In this document: one piece after another, positions 25,505-38,789 of the stretch | Layout of the letters: each line of letters opens with the position of its first letter | Numbering within the stretch: the first letter of the stretch is position 1 | Source: Glaucostegus cemiculus | Taxonomy: Eukaryota | DNA: 64,000 nucleotides | Direction of reading: 5' to 3' | Assembly (NCBI GenBank): GCA_976551045.1 | Contig: CDPCPM010000029.1 | Span: 33,418,001 to 33,482,000, forward strand | Program-made: the position numbers and the translations under genes | The notes under the pieces: model-generated | What the model was told of the DNA's origin: nothing | What the model saw: the letters and a program-made list of their open reading frames with translations, nothing else | Databases searched by the model: none

Positions 25505-25750
25505 ACAAGATATCTTTTATTAGTCACATGTACATCGAAACACACAGTGAAATGCATCTTTGTGCAAAGTGTTCTGGGGTCAGCCAGCAAGTGTCACCAT
25601 GCTTCTGGCGCCAGCATAGCATGCCCACAACTTCCTAAGCCATACATCTTTGGAATGTGGGAAGAAACCTGAGCATCTAGAGGAAATCCACGCAGACACA
25701 AGGAGAACAGGTCCCCGGCACTGTAATAGCGTTACGCTAACCACTACACT
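25505..25750 (-). mobile_element. V-SINE with Rex1-like tail, internally deleted
   Basis: TTATTAGTCACATGTACATCGAAACACACAGTGAAA is the reverse complement of the tail at 46891-46926; part of the V-domain is present. Confidence 0.88.
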
Positions 25751-26029
25751 AATGAGCAGAAAGCAGTCTGTTAATGAATATATATTTCAGTTAAATCTGC
25801 AAAATAGGAAACAAAGTTCCACTCCTTCTGCACTAATAGGCTGACCTAATTTTCTGGCTGAGCTGTTTTTAAAAAGGCACATTATGGCCTTCCAGACAAA
25901 GTACCAGTGAGTTCAGAATTTTCTGATAATTGGTTCTGCTACACCAATTTACATATCGTCTAGGCCAGTGTTTCTTTGCTTGTCTCATTACCACCCTTAT
26001 TTTGTCTTGTATGCTTGCTCTATATATTA

Positions 26030-26277
26030 ACAGTGATGTGAAGAGCAAGTTTTTTACAGAGAGTGGTAGGTACTTGGAAGGGTTACCAAAGCTAGCAGTG
26101 GAAGCAGGCAGTTTGATGGAATTTGAGAGGCTTTTAGATAGACACATGAATATGAAGGGAATGGATGGATATGGATGATACACAGGAGGAGGACATTTAG
26201 TATACATTGCCATCAAGATCAGCATATCATCATGGGCCGAATGGCCTGTCCAGTGCTGTACTGTTATATGTTCTATC
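26030..26277 (+). mobile_element. CR1 3' end
   Basis: KFFTESG..., GGGCCGAATGGCCTGT and an ATGTTCTAT tail. Confidence 0.75.
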
Positions 26278-26284
26278 ATTTGCT

Positions 26285-26482
26285 CTCTCCTTCATTCTAT
26301 TTTATCACAAGCCTCCCTTCTTATTCTTTCTTGCCCTCCCAGCTTTCTCTGCATCTTGTCACTTATGTAGATCCAACCATTCTGGGTTCTGTTGAAAAGT
26401 CACTGACTTGACACGTGAACTGTTTCTTTCTCCACAGATGTTCACAGACTTGCTGAATATTTTCAGCATTTTATGTTTTTAT
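26285..26482 (+). mobile_element. Penelope-derived end with a degenerate hammerhead core
   Basis: GTT-CTGTTGA-AAAGTCACTGACTT-GACACGTG-AAC, then TCCACAGATG...TGCTGAATATTTTCAGCATTTT. Confidence 0.6.
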
Positions 26483-28724
26483 ATTAGTCTCTTTAGAGAC
26501 TATTTCTTTCTGTTTTAAGTTAGAATGTCTCACTGCTTTTTATTGGCTGCAGTACTGTGAATCATGACATAATAGGATGATGCAGCACAGAAGGAAGTTA
26601 TTCAGCCCATTGTGACCATGCCAGCTACTTCCAGCTATCTTCATCCTTGCCCCATACCAATGCAGATGTTTCCACTTCAAGCAATTACCCAACCTATTTT
26701 GACAGTCAATGAATCTACATGCATTGTCCTCACCACTCAGAGTTTTTGTCTAACTTTTATTTTTTAAAGATCAGAAGCTCACTAAAAAGCTATAGTTTAC
26801 CATGTACCATACCATTACCTGACCAGTTATTCTGAAGTGACATAATATTTTGCATGAAGACATTATTTGCATACAACAGCCACACATCAGCCTTGTTCTA
26901 ATCTAGACTTTAGGCTCCAGTGTGAAGATGTCACAATAGCTTACTGAAACTTAAATTTAATGTAACCACTGAATTATCGTTCCAATATACTCGGTTCATT
27001 AAGGACTACTGTTACAGTAAGAAGAGAGTTCTTATTACTTCATTCTTAGGCAGTTATGTTGCAGCTAGCTATAATTGTCTACAGGTAGACACATTGTTGG
27101 CAAGTACTCTTGCCAGAACTGCAAGACCTTAGAATGCGGTGATCAGAGATTTGATTGATTTCCCATGGGAACACACAAAACAATCATAACAACTTCTTGG
27201 TGTACAAGTACTAAATTATATTCTCCACCATCAATTAGTCTATGCAATAATAGTTGTCCAAATGTTTAGCCTGAAGGGTATGTTCATCTTGCCAGGAGAT
27301 TATTTGTTTTTGTGCGGCTTAGTTTGAAAGTAGGTAATTTCTGACAGTGATGTGATTTTTGAACTGAAAATAAAGAAGTAACGATGTCTCATTGATCTTT
27401 AAACTGGCAATGAGTATCAAGTGTACAGAAGAGTCAGGTGTGCCTTACAAAAATTGACTAATGATCATGGTTGTTATCATTGGTTATCATTTTATAGCTA
27501 GCATAAAAATGGTAGCTATATATAAAGAAAATTGTAATACAGTATCAACTTGGTGAACCTATTAAAATGAAAATTAAATTGAAACCGGTAGAACCACAAG
27601 AAAGGAACATAGCTCTGTTATCTATAGTGATGTGCACCAGTCTGGATTCTGAATTTAAACGTTTATTTTTTTTGTTTGCTCTGTGACAGAAATCAGAGAA
27701 TTGATCTACTTGTTAATTGCTTCAAAATGAATATAAAGTTAAAATTAAAATTTGGTGATCTCTCTTAGTTCATATGTATATTAGAATCCAGAAATATTTA
27801 GTAATGTACTGGATCAGATTTGGCATCTAACAAGATGAACTGTTCAAATTTCCCTTCTCCTAAAATGAGAACTGAAGCAGGCATAATACAAAATGTCACT
27901 CACAGTTTGATCAGGGAAACTTTAAAACTTTGCTAAAATACGGTGATTTTGCTTATGGGTACAAGCCAGCACTAACCAACAGGATCAATATAAAACTCAA
28001 GCAGAATAATTAGACAAAGGGTTATTCTTATTGTATTTACTGTTTCATAGTTGTAAGTTGGGAAATTACGGAATCATAGAGATATATACCACAAAGAGCC
28101 AATTGTTGCAACACAACTATATTCTGCAAGAAATATCCAAAAAATAATGGTCTCACCACACATAGCAATATATCTATATCTGTCCAACTATCCAATATTT
28201 ATAAAAATATCCAACTATCTGCAGCCACACAGCATTCCTGCTCCTTCAAGCAAACCATGAAAGGAAACTTTTCCTAACAACTTCTTTCAATGTCTTATGA
28301 TGAAACATTACTTGTTGTTCCATCCAAAAAAAATGTTTTTATTAACTCTATTAAAACCAGATTAAATTCTTCCCCTAGCCTTTTACATTTCAAGGGAACA
28401 CTTGACATGTAGAAAGCCCATACACTTTTGAAACCATAGTTTCCCTCTTAATCATTATTCTCATGGTCTAGGATGATAAAAATGACTCAATTGCCACAAA
28501 TTGTATTGCTCCTTTTCCTGTTTTTATTTCCATTGTTTTTCACTGTTCATCCTGCTGCTTGATTCTCAATCTTTTTATAAAATATTTTTCATGTTCTTAG
28601 TTGAAATCAGTTGAAAGCGTTTTTATTGTCCAAAGCAGCTCTGTGCTATTTCCCAACTTCTCATTGGTATCAAGCTCTGTCTGGGCAAAAGTCCTTTATA
28701 AATAAGCTCAACAATGTTGTCTGC

Positions 28725-29690
28725 CTTCATCACCACCTTCAGTGCACCAGCAAAGCCCTGAAGAAAGTAATCCAAGTGAGACTTTCTGAAGATCAAGTCC
28801 TCAGACCTGACACAGAGCTTGTGGTCTACCAGGCACTAATGATCCTGTCCTCCCATATGTTTCTTAGACATGGACTATCTGCAGCTGGCATGTCAAAGTA
28901 ATGGAGAGATACCAACAAGACTAGCGCAACACTGTTACAGCGCCAGCGATTGGGGTTCAATTCCCGGAGCTGACTGTAAGGAGTTTGTACGTTCTCCCGT
29001 GTCTGTGTGGGTTTCCCCTGGGTGCTCCGGTTTCCTCCCACATTCTAAAATACGTACGGGTAGGTTAATTTGGGGGTTTAAAATGAGTGGCGCGGACTCG
29101 CTGGGCCGAAAGCACCTGTTACCATACCACGCTGTAAATAAAAAAAAATAAAAAATAAAAAAAAGTTTAAAAAAAGTTTAAAAAAAAACGCTGGCTATGT
29201 AAATCCCTCCAAATCCACAGGCAGGAAAGGTGAACCAGTGTCGGTATCATCTCAAGCTCAACATCCCTTGAACTGAAGCTATAATTATGCTCAATCTCAT
29301 CGATATCAAACTCCTGAAACAGACACTCTATTCTGAGATTTGTCATGACAAGAGATTAGTAGCTGGACTGAAGAGAAAATGCCCTTAAAATATCCTTGAA
29401 AAAGTGCACTGTCTCCACTGACTCATGATCTATCTAACGATCATTCAAAATGGAGATGGAGCATTCAGGATGGCAGTGAGAATCTCAAAACTTCTGGCAA
29501 GAGCATATTGAAGCTCAACATAAATGGTGGAAAGAGCACACCAGTTCCTATACAACTCACCCATCCATTCCGTTAATTTGTGGCAGTGCCTGTAAATTCC
29601 ACATAGACCTCATCAGTCATCTCAGAACACCAGAAATGGATTGGAAGTGAGTTATTCATGATCCTGAAGAGCTGCCTTAGAAGATGAAGG
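28725..29690 (+). mobile_element. RTE-clade LINE 3' fossil interrupted by a SINE
   Basis: HHLQCTSKAL...EDQVLRPDTELVVYQA...TWTICSWHVKVMERYQQ, then the SINE, then RWLCKSLQIH, matching the RTE motif ETWT..RH...LE.FHQRCLR.IL.I.W. GAAGATGAAG-type end. Confidence 0.75.
28919..29188 (+). mobile_element. V-SINE (HE1-like) with CR1-derived tail and A-rich end
   Basis: Box B GGTTCAATTCC, V-domain GAGTTTGTACGTTCTCCCGTGTCTGTGTGGGTTTCC..GGGTGCTCCGGTTTCCTCCCACA, 3' TGGGCCGAAAGCACCTGTT resembling the CR1 3'UTR, and a ~50-nt A-rich tail. Confidence 0.9.
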
Positions 29691-30944
29691 ATAAATGATC
29701 TAACCCTGCTTTAGTGCTAGAACCAGAAAAGTCACTCTTTCAGCATGCAGAAGGTTCTATGACCTCTTTCGGCTTTCTCCCTCCAAATTATAAATAAAGC
29801 AAAAAATATATGCTTATATGTGCAGGCAACAGAAACATAAATCTGCAGTTCTAAAGATTAAAGCAATGATAAATTAATCTACAATATAGTTCATAACAAA
29901 AGAACCACAGAGAAATAATAATCATTTCATCCTTCTAATTCTTTGGAATTATTTCAGGTTTTGATAGTACTACTCATTGTTTGCTCAAGAGTAAAACTGA
30001 ATTAATATTTAAGTATGAGGCACATAATTAACATTAATTTTTAAATATTGTTCCATATATTGTTGACAAAGATGACAGCTGGTGACCTTTCATTGTTTTG
30101 TAATGGCTTCAAATATAGGAGAATAACACAATAATTTTTTTTTAAATGTAACCTCATTTGAGCTGTAACATTCAAACTAATTACCAAAATAAAATGTTTG
30201 ATTCTGTTCGGATACTGATTGCAAAGCCCAACAATTCCTTGGAAATGTGACCACACCAGTCATGCTCAGTGTACAAATCCATGGTTATTCCAACTAAGAT
30301 TTGTAGGGGCATGCACACAGAAGGTGGATATTTGGAAGATGAACACTTCTTCCTGCCAAAGACACCAGGAATGGAACAGAAGCTAGAGGGAAGGAACCAG
30401 ATCCATGCAAAATGAGAAAGAATAAGTTTCCAGTAAACTCCTGCATGAGAGGGAATCTCTTTCAAATTTCTTTCAAGTTTCTTTCAAATTTTTTTAGGAA
30501 ACTCTTGATGTAAAGTACAATTGTTCTTTTCTCTTACTTATGCAGTTTCTGTTGTTTTGTTCCATACTTCCATTTGGTAACAACCTAACCTAATGCCTCT
30601 TCTGTCTTTTCCCCACAATAATAAGTTAAAGGCATAGTTGTCTATCTCTTTAGGACCGTCAAGATTCTATGCCTTCTTGAGCTCCTAGTAACTAGTATAT
30701 GGAAGTGTTCTTTGCTTCCTTTAACAATACAGTTTACTTTGCTGTAATTGGCTGGATGAGTTACCTCTATATAGTATTTCTCACCATAATGTCAATCGTA
30801 TCAATGAGGACATCAATGATCACAGGCAGTGACCACTTACTGGCTCCCAAACTCAGGCCTGAAGTTTCTTTTGAATATGTATTATAACACTGGCCTTCCT
30901 TGTCAGTTTGTTTGTCTTTTACAATCATGCAGATTGGGTTAATA

Positions 30945-31790
30945 ATCAGAAAAATTTCTTCCCACAGAGATTCACAAATCTTTGCAATTCTCCACCCAGA
31001 GAGCTGTGGGGGCTGAACCCTTGATTATACAGATGGAAAGATTTTTGAGCTTGGTTTATGGGAGGCTATAGGAAAGTGAAGCTGAAGCCAAGATCAGATT
31101 AGGTATGATCTCACTCAGTGGCTTCAGAGTCCCACATATTGGTGGGGAAATTACAGTACCTTTAAGCACAATCTTGAATAAGTTCCTCATTTACCTGATA
31201 TTGTCTTCCTGTGATGGAGAGGATCATGCAAGTCTGGTGTCAGACGTATAACTGACATGGCCTATCCATTAAGGTTGACTTAGAGTCTCAATAGTGCAAA
31301 TTTTGAGACTTGGGAGATGTCATTAACAGTAGTTTGTTTATACTGATAGTGGATTTGATGTGCCATGTGGCATGAGCATTAATAATATCTCTCCAATATG
31401 TTGAGGTGCCTGATATAGGTATACCAAGTCTTAGAAGCATATAGGAAGGCAGAAATCACTGTTGTTCAGTTGAACATGGTTTTGTGTTGGGGTTTAGGTC
31501 TTGACCTTGACTTTCTGCCCCTCATATAAGATTCTAAGGGGGCTAGACAGTGTATCTGTTGAGATGTTTTCAGTAGTGGAAGAGTTATGCACAAGGGGAC
31601 CAAGTTACAAGATAAGGAGCCAATCGTTACATACTATATTAAAGGCGGAGATGGGTACATATTTGAAAGATCTATGAATTGAGGATTATGGGGAACTGAC
31701 ACAGCCATGATCAGCCTAAATAGTGGGGCAGGCTTAGGGGCCTGGTGGCTGACTCCTGTTCCTATTTTCTGTGTTCTTGTATTCTTATTT
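30945..31790 (+). mobile_element. Old CR1 3' fragments (30945-31125 and 31520-31790)
   Basis: AATTTCTTCCCACAGAG..AATTCTCCACCCAGAGAGCTGTGG; TATAAGATTCTAAGGGGGCTAGACAG; CAGCCATGATC...ACTCCTGTTCCTATTTTCT. Confidence 0.6.
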
Positions 31791-32899
31791 TTAACAATTG
31801 TACTTTGCCAGAGTTAAATTGATTTTTTCAAATGAAGGGGTAAATAAAGATGTGTGTTTCAGTTGCCATAGAAGCAGTTATAGAGGCTAAACTACAATAT
31901 ATCTGCTGGGTATAGAACTGAAAGCGACTGTTCAAATGTCAAAAGTCATCCTCTGTGCTCATGCATGATTGCACAAGAACACTATTCAATATTGTTGTAT
32001 TTATTTGATATTCATGTGAAGGACTGTACAATTAATGTATTAGCACACGGAATGATATGCAATCTCACAGTTACAGAGCAACACAAATGAATATACTGTA
32101 TTTGTTTTCTAAGGAAATACAAAATAACAGATATACATCCACAGATTCAGTATTCATCATCTCAAAGTTCATTGACTTGAAGCAACACAAAAGCTTTCTT
32201 CAAATGGCCAATCTTTATTGGGTGTTGATTTATGTAATCAATAATTTATCAGCTTGCTCTATTTCTTTCTGTTGCCAGCCAGATGCTTCTCCCTTCACTC
32301 TGCCAGCAAACGTCAGCTGGAAACTAGATTGGCCCTTTGATTCAGAACTAAGACATAAATATTTTAAAAATTGTGGCTGTGGGAAGTAAGGGGTCTCCAC
32401 CAGTTTTCTGTTTCTGTGTCAGAGAGCTGCTCCAATGTATTTCTCTGTCAGTTTTATCTGAAGGGGAGACAGATGCAGCACCTGTTCTGTGATTGTTATC
32501 TTCGAACAAAAAAATGACAGGCTCAGGACTTTTCACAGAAAATTGCCTTCAGTGAGTCTTCCCGGGAGTAGACTTGCAGCAGAGTGATCCTCTAACTCTT
32601 GTTGATATGGCAACTGGTAGAAGGAGTCATTAGCGTTAGTGAGACTGGAAGAATACAGGCCTAGTTTAAAACCCACTTGTACTGCTACTTCACAACTTTC
32701 CTTTAAAACTATTCTGAATCTATTCTTTGTAACATCTAGATCATTTCCACCTCATCACTTCCAATTTAAGCAAGGTTGACCTTATTTTTATCTTTGTCCA
32801 TGGCATGACAGGCAGAGTGTGAGATTGGACTCAGTAAAGCTGGTTGGAGACCTAAGGCCATCCAATGTAGCCACATATATCTGCCAAGAATCACACGAA

Positions 32900-34450
32900 T
32901 AAAAACCAATAGAACTGCAGATACTGGAAATAGGAAATAAAAACAGAAAATGCTGGAAAAACACTGCAGGTGACACAGCATTGGTGCAAGAAAACCATGG
33001 CCTAATTCGAGACAGTCAGCATGGCTTTGTGCAGGGCAGGTCACGTCTTACTAACTTACTGAGTTTTTCGAGGAGGTGATGAAGGTGATTAATGAAGATA
33101 GAGCTGTGGATGTTGTCTACATGGATTTTAGAAAGGTGTCTGACAAGGTCCTTCATGGGAGGCTCATCCAGGAGATTAAGATGCATGGAATCCATGGTGA
33201 CTTGGCTGTTTGGAATCAGAATTGGCTTGCCCATAGGAGACAGAAAGTAGTTGTCAATGGGACTTATCCTAGCTGGAGATCTGTGACTTGTGGTGTTCCA
33301 CAGGGATCCATATTGGAACCTCTGCTATTTGTGATATATATAAGTGACATGGATAAAAACATGGATGGGTGGGTTGGTAAGTTCACAGAAGATAAAAAAG
33401 ATTAGTGGCTTTGTGGACGATATAGATTATTGTCAAAGGATACAGTGAGATGTAGATTAGTTGCAGATATGGGCAGAGAAATGGCAGATGGTGTTTAATC
33501 CAACCAAGTGTTGCAGTTTGGCAGATCAAATGTCAAGGTATACCGCACACTGTCAAATGTGCACTGTTAATGGCAGGACCCTTAACAGTGCTGATGTACA
33601 GAAGGATCTTGGGGTCCAAGTCCATAGCTCCCTGAAAGTGGCTGCACAGGTTGATAGGGTGGTAAAGAAGATGTATGGTATAGTTGCCTTTATTAGTCGA
33701 GGCATTGAGTTCCATAGTCAGGAAAATACATTGCAGCTTGATAAAACTCTGGTTAGGAAGCACCTGGTGTATTGCATTCAATTCTGGTTACCCCATTATA
33801 GGAAGGATGTGGAGGCTTTGGAGAGGGTGCAGAAGAGGTTTACCAGGATTAGAGGGTATGTGCTATAAGGAGAGGTTAGACAAGCTTGGGTTGTTTTCTC
33901 TAGAGTGACAGAGGCTGAAGGTAGACCTGATAGAAATTTATTTGACATAAGAGATATAGATAGGGTAGACAGCCGATATATTTCCCCAGGGTCGAAATGC
34001 CTAATACTAGAGGGTATGCATTTAATGTGAAAGGGAGTAAGTTGAAAGGAGATGTCTGGGGCAAGTTTTTTTATACAGAGAGTTCTGGGTACCTGGAATG
34101 TGCTGCCAGGGGTAGTTGTGGAGGCAAATACGACTGAGGCACTTAAAAGTCTCTTGGCTAGGTGCATGAATGTGCAGAGAATGGAGGGATATGGACATTG
34201 TGTTGGCAGATGGGATTAGTTTAGTTAGGCACTTAATTATCCGCTTAATTAGTTCGGCTCAACATTGTGGGCTGAAGGGCTTGTTTCTGTGCTGTACTGT
34301 TCTATGTTCTATGTAGGTCAGACCTCGTATGAGAAGAGGAATGCAGTTAAGACTTCAGGTCAAAAATCCTTTGTCAGTTCTGGGAAGGAGAGAAAAAAAA
34401 GCTCATTAAGCAGCAGGGAAGGTGGAGGAGAGAAGATGTCTCTGAAAGGG
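32900..34450 (-). mobile_element. Penelope-derived end split by a CR1 insertion (32900-32994 and 34314-34450)
   Basis: Left piece CTGCAGATACTGGAAAT...AAAACAGAAAATGCTGGAAA; right piece CAGTTAAGACTTCAGGTC...TTTGTCAGTTCTGG, an antisense hammerhead remnant. Confidence 0.55.
32995..34313 (+). mobile_element. 5'-truncated, degraded CR1 LINE
   Basis: [48 protein letters not shown]; TTCTATG tail. Confidence 0.92.
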
Positions 34451-34504
34451 TAAAATTGTTTTGACCATGGAGATCGGCTGTAAACAAAGTCATGTGGAAT
34501 GATT

Positions 34505-35047
34505 TGCCAGAGACAAGTGGTAGAGACAGGTACAATTACAACATTTAAAAGGCATTTGGACAGGTTCATGGATAGGAAAGGTTTAGAGTGATATGGGTGA
34601 GTTGTCTTACAAGGAAAGGTTGGACGGGCTGCACTTGTATCTACTGGAGTTTACAAGAGTAAGAGAGACTGAAAAAATAAGATCCTAACATGTTCTGACA
34701 AGATGAATATGAAGAGGATCTTTCCTCTTGATGGAGAACCTGGAACAAGAGGTTAGAGTTTATAATGGTCGAGGTAGAATTTGTAATAAAGGATCAGCCA
34801 TTATCTACGGAGAATAGATTTATTTTTCTCTCGAAGGGTCATGTGTCTCTTCCTCGAAGGGCTGTGGAAGCAGAATCTTCAAATATTTTCAACACAGGAG
34901 TAAGGGAGTGAAATGTAGTATGCATGAACAGGAATGTGGAATGTGGAACTGAGATTACAAACAGATCAGCCATGATCTTTTAATTTGGCAGTGCAGGCAT
35001 AAGGTGCTGAGTGATCTACTCCTGTTCCTAATACATATGTTTGTATT
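34505..35047 (+). mobile_element. Degraded CR1 3' fragments
   Basis: ACATTTAAAAGGCATTTGGACAGG; AGATCAGCCATGATCTT...CTACTCCTGTTCCTAAT. Confidence 0.6.
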
Positions 35048-35457
35048 TCACGGGTGTGGCAAGTGCTGAAAGACTTCTAGGTTTCCAGTTGCTTCGAGAC
35101 AAGAGTTTAGCAGTTGATGCAGTTCGCCTGGAAAATAGCAGAACTGGGGGAATGAGCAGAGGCTCCACCATCTATTAGTAGAAGGAAAAAGATGGGTGGG
35201 AAATACAACCACAGCAGGAGACATATTTTCCCAGATTGTTGATGGGACAAGGTGTGAGATGACTACCCATCAATAAGAACATCCTCGCTGAAGTTTGCCC
35301 TCTGCGGCTACAACTTCAACTAAGAGCAGAGTCAGAAAAGCTCCACTGACAACATGGTCACAATAATGAGATCAGGAGCTGCCAGATCCTTCCAGGCTGG
35401 ACCTGTGCATATATGTGCCATTTTAAAGATATTTTTAGATATTTAGATATTTCGATT

Positions 35458-35735
35458 TTTTTATCAGTCACATGTACATCGAAACACACAGTGAAATACA
35501 TCTTTTGTGTAGAGTAATCTGGGGGCAGCCTGCAGTGTCGCCACACTTCTGGTGCCAACATAGCATGCCCACAGATCCTAACTTGTATGCCTTTGGAATG
35601 AGGGAGGAAAGGAGCGCTCAGAAGAATCCCACGCGGACACTGAGAGAAGGTAAAAACCCCTTACAGACAGTGGCTGGAATTGAACCCGCGTCACTGGCAC
35701 TGTAATAGTGTTACACTAACCGCTACACTATTGTG
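35458..35735 (-). mobile_element. V-SINE with Rex1-like tail
   Basis: GTCACATGTACATCGAAACACACAGTGAAA tail; antisense box B GGAATTGAACC at about 35676-35686. Confidence 0.88.
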
Positions 35736-36542
35736 TAGTTTGCTGTGGAGTTTCAGGGAGGCAATAGAAACTTTTGTTCAACCACATCCCCTTTGGCCTA
35801 ACCACATTTCACAATGTCCGCACCAGTTTTGGGGAGTTAGTCAGCTTCATGTTTAAGTAGGCAAGATGCACCTGGAAGGTGAAAAAAGTGGTAATATTTT
35901 ATTTGTATTTTTCGCAGTACAACTGCTATTATATCAGTGGGTTGCTTTGTACCATTTTGATGAAAGGAGTTTTGTTTCTTATCCATGTAACCAATTTCCT
36001 TCAGTTAGAAAGACACAAAGTAAAATGAGTTCATAAGCATATGCAGCAGTGCCTGTAAATCCTTGTAAGAATGACTTAGACGGCAGCTTAGAAATGAGGT
36101 CTATTTAAGGAAATGAACACCTCATGTCCTAATCAACATGGAATGGACTTGAAGGCCTATTCCTGCAGTTCAGATTATAGTAATGTGATGCTTTAGGAAA
36201 CTGAATAGAATTTAAACATAGAAAAATCATTAGACTAATATTATTTCCAACTACATGTCCAATTATATATGACCTTTAAACTCTGTAACACATTTTCAAG
36301 GAATGGTGACTTTCAGGGAGGCTATGCACATTGAAATGTTAGAGATCCTGTCCACCAAAGTATAATGTGGAAATTTATATGAGAGAAATTACACTCAGCC
36401 ACTGGCAGTACTTAAGAACAATCTGTTAAAAGAAAATGCCACTCCTATTGCACAACACAATCCACGGTACAAATCACACTAAAAGAAACAATGTTTTATT
36501 GTCATTTCAGAACAAAAAGGTAGTTGTAGCAATTAGGAAAAA

Positions 36543-36635
36543 AAGATCTGCAAATGCTGAAAATCTGAAATTTTCAAAAAAGCAGAAGACATTGGGAATA
36601 CTCAGCAGACTGAGCAGCATCTGATGGAAAGAGAT
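36543..36635 (-). mobile_element. Penelope-derived terminal fragment
   Basis: CTGCAAATGCTGAAAATCTGAAAT...AATACTCAGCAGACTGAGCAGCATCTG is antisense to 45645-45715. Confidence 0.55.
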
Positions 36636-37609
36636 GAAGAGAGTTCATTAGAACAAAATGTAACTTCAGCAATCGAGCTATAACAGGTCAAGTTCTTCAC
36701 ACTTTGGCCACTAGTAAAATGGCTTGAGTTATTTTGGGGTTTCTGTACTTTCACCAGTTCATCGTCTCCAGTTACTTCTGTTAAGTGAACCTCACATTCC
36801 CCATCACACGTGGAATCTAAATAAACAATGGAATTATTCAGGAATGCCTCAAATAAATTTTCTGCTTTCACTAGCCACTGAAATGCATCATGTGGTGCCT
36901 TCCATTTTATGTGAATAAACAGACACCTAAAAATGTTGGCTGTGGATAATTTTGAAGGACACTGCAGAGTAGCTGTGAAATGTGGCAACTCAGGCAGAAA
37001 TACAATATTAGCATAAATAATACTATGATACTTTTAGCTCAGGCATCAAGTAGATGAAGATGTACATGCATTAAAAAAAGCTTAACAATCACAGGAAAAT
37101 GTTTGGATTTTTGAGATATTTTAATGAATTATTTATTATGAGAATTATGAAAAGTTGAGCCAAAGGGTTGTAGGGGAGATAGTTCTTTAAATGTTACTCA
37201 CAGGCTATCTTTATTTCCACAGAGCATCCTAATGATATCTTAATTTGGTTCCTTCACTCCAAATATTATTTCCACATTCAATAAGGTAAACCTGGTCCTA
37301 CCACATTGGTGCATGAGAAACGCCAGCCTAGAAATCTGCATCATCATCCTTTGCCCACCAACATCAGGTAATCAGTCTATCCCAAGAAACGCAAAAACTG
37401 TGTTAATTTGTTACCCTACTTCACCGTTAATGTTTGCATCTTCTGAGGTGGAAGTCTCTCAATACTGCTGGTTCACAGCTCTGTGATGTATGTCACTGTG
37501 ACTTTCAATGAACTTTCATTGATAACCTTAATTTCTGACATCTCTATAAATACAGAATGAGTAAACATGAAGAAATTATTGCACAAAATGAGTGATGGAA
37601 AATAAGTAA

Positions 37610-37820
37610 AAAGCCTCCAGCAAAAGGCACACTGAAGTTTTCTGTAGCATTGCTGCTGATACTCTGGCTGGGATCAGCCAAATTGAATGCAAGACTGGAA
37701 TTGAACAATAACCTCTCAAAGTGTCTATGGCTCAGTACTGCATTGATCAGCGCATCTAACATGTGGACCTTGAAAGCAGAGCCAGTATGGAGATGCTTTC
37801 CTGTCATAAAACAAGGATGA
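37610..37820 (+). mobile_element. Possible ancient RTE-like LINE fragment
   Basis: Frame ...LSKCLWLSTALISASNMWTLKAE weakly resembles the RTE motif LxxLLYGSETWTLK. Confidence 0.3.
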
Positions 37821-38389
37821 TCCCACTATGTCCAAAGCAAAAACTTAGGTTAAAGTGCTAAAAGTCCATATGGCAAACCAGTCAAGGCTATGGTTTTCCT
37901 GTAGAAATATCTGATGCTATAATTTATAATGCATTTTATTTGTGTTGCATTATGATCTAATATTGAAACAACAACATGGTTCTGAAATCCTAAAGATTGG
38001 CTAGACATGCTCCAAGACTGGTTTTCCGACAAAGGGTCAGAATCATGCAATTTGCAATGACTTTATTTATCAAATGGAAGCTGATAGGCTAGAGTACCTG
38101 CTGCTCCAGCGATGAGTGTATGTTAAGAGAGCCTTTATATCAAGGGTCTTAAGGATTTTCATCGTATAAAGTCTTAAATCATAAACTAAACCAAATGACT
38201 TTTTTTAGTTTTATTCTCTCCAATCACTATGAACATTTTGATCTAATTTATGTTTTATATTTTAAATGACAATATTACCTAATTACACCTAAATGCACTC
38301 ACATATGCACAGATAATTAAGTGTTTTAAATTAAATCAAGATAATATTTTCAAAAAGAAATATCTCTGAACTACATCCCTCTGGCAAGG

Positions 38390-38736
38390 ACTACCAGACT
38401 GTGCAATAGCTTTTTCCCACAAGCAATCAGAACTATGAACTCCCTCATCCCTCCATCCCTCCCACCAACACCAAAGGATGCTAGGCGTACAAAAATGCAC
38501 CAGCACTTTAAATGTCTATTGACTGCTGCTTCAGTGCGTTCATTCTAAGAATCTTTTATTCGTGTCTCTTTTTAATTTGCGCGGTTCCAATGTCGTTAAT
38601 GTCTTTCTGTCTTTGTGTCTCTCATTGTTTTTTTAATGTGACTGGAATCTTGATCTGTGGAGTACAGTATTTCCCTCCCATGCATGCTGAATGTGTATAT
38701 GGAAGTGACAATAAAACAGATTCTGATTCTGATTCA
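38390..38736 (+). mobile_element. Rex1-like LINE 3' end
   Basis: LHPSGK...TTRLCNSFFPQAIRTMN C-terminus; GTGACAATAAA plus (GATTCT)n tail. Confidence 0.75.
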
Positions 38737-38789
38737 GAATCCCAATGAATTTAATGGGGATGCAGGTCCTGCAGCAGTGTAAATACTGT

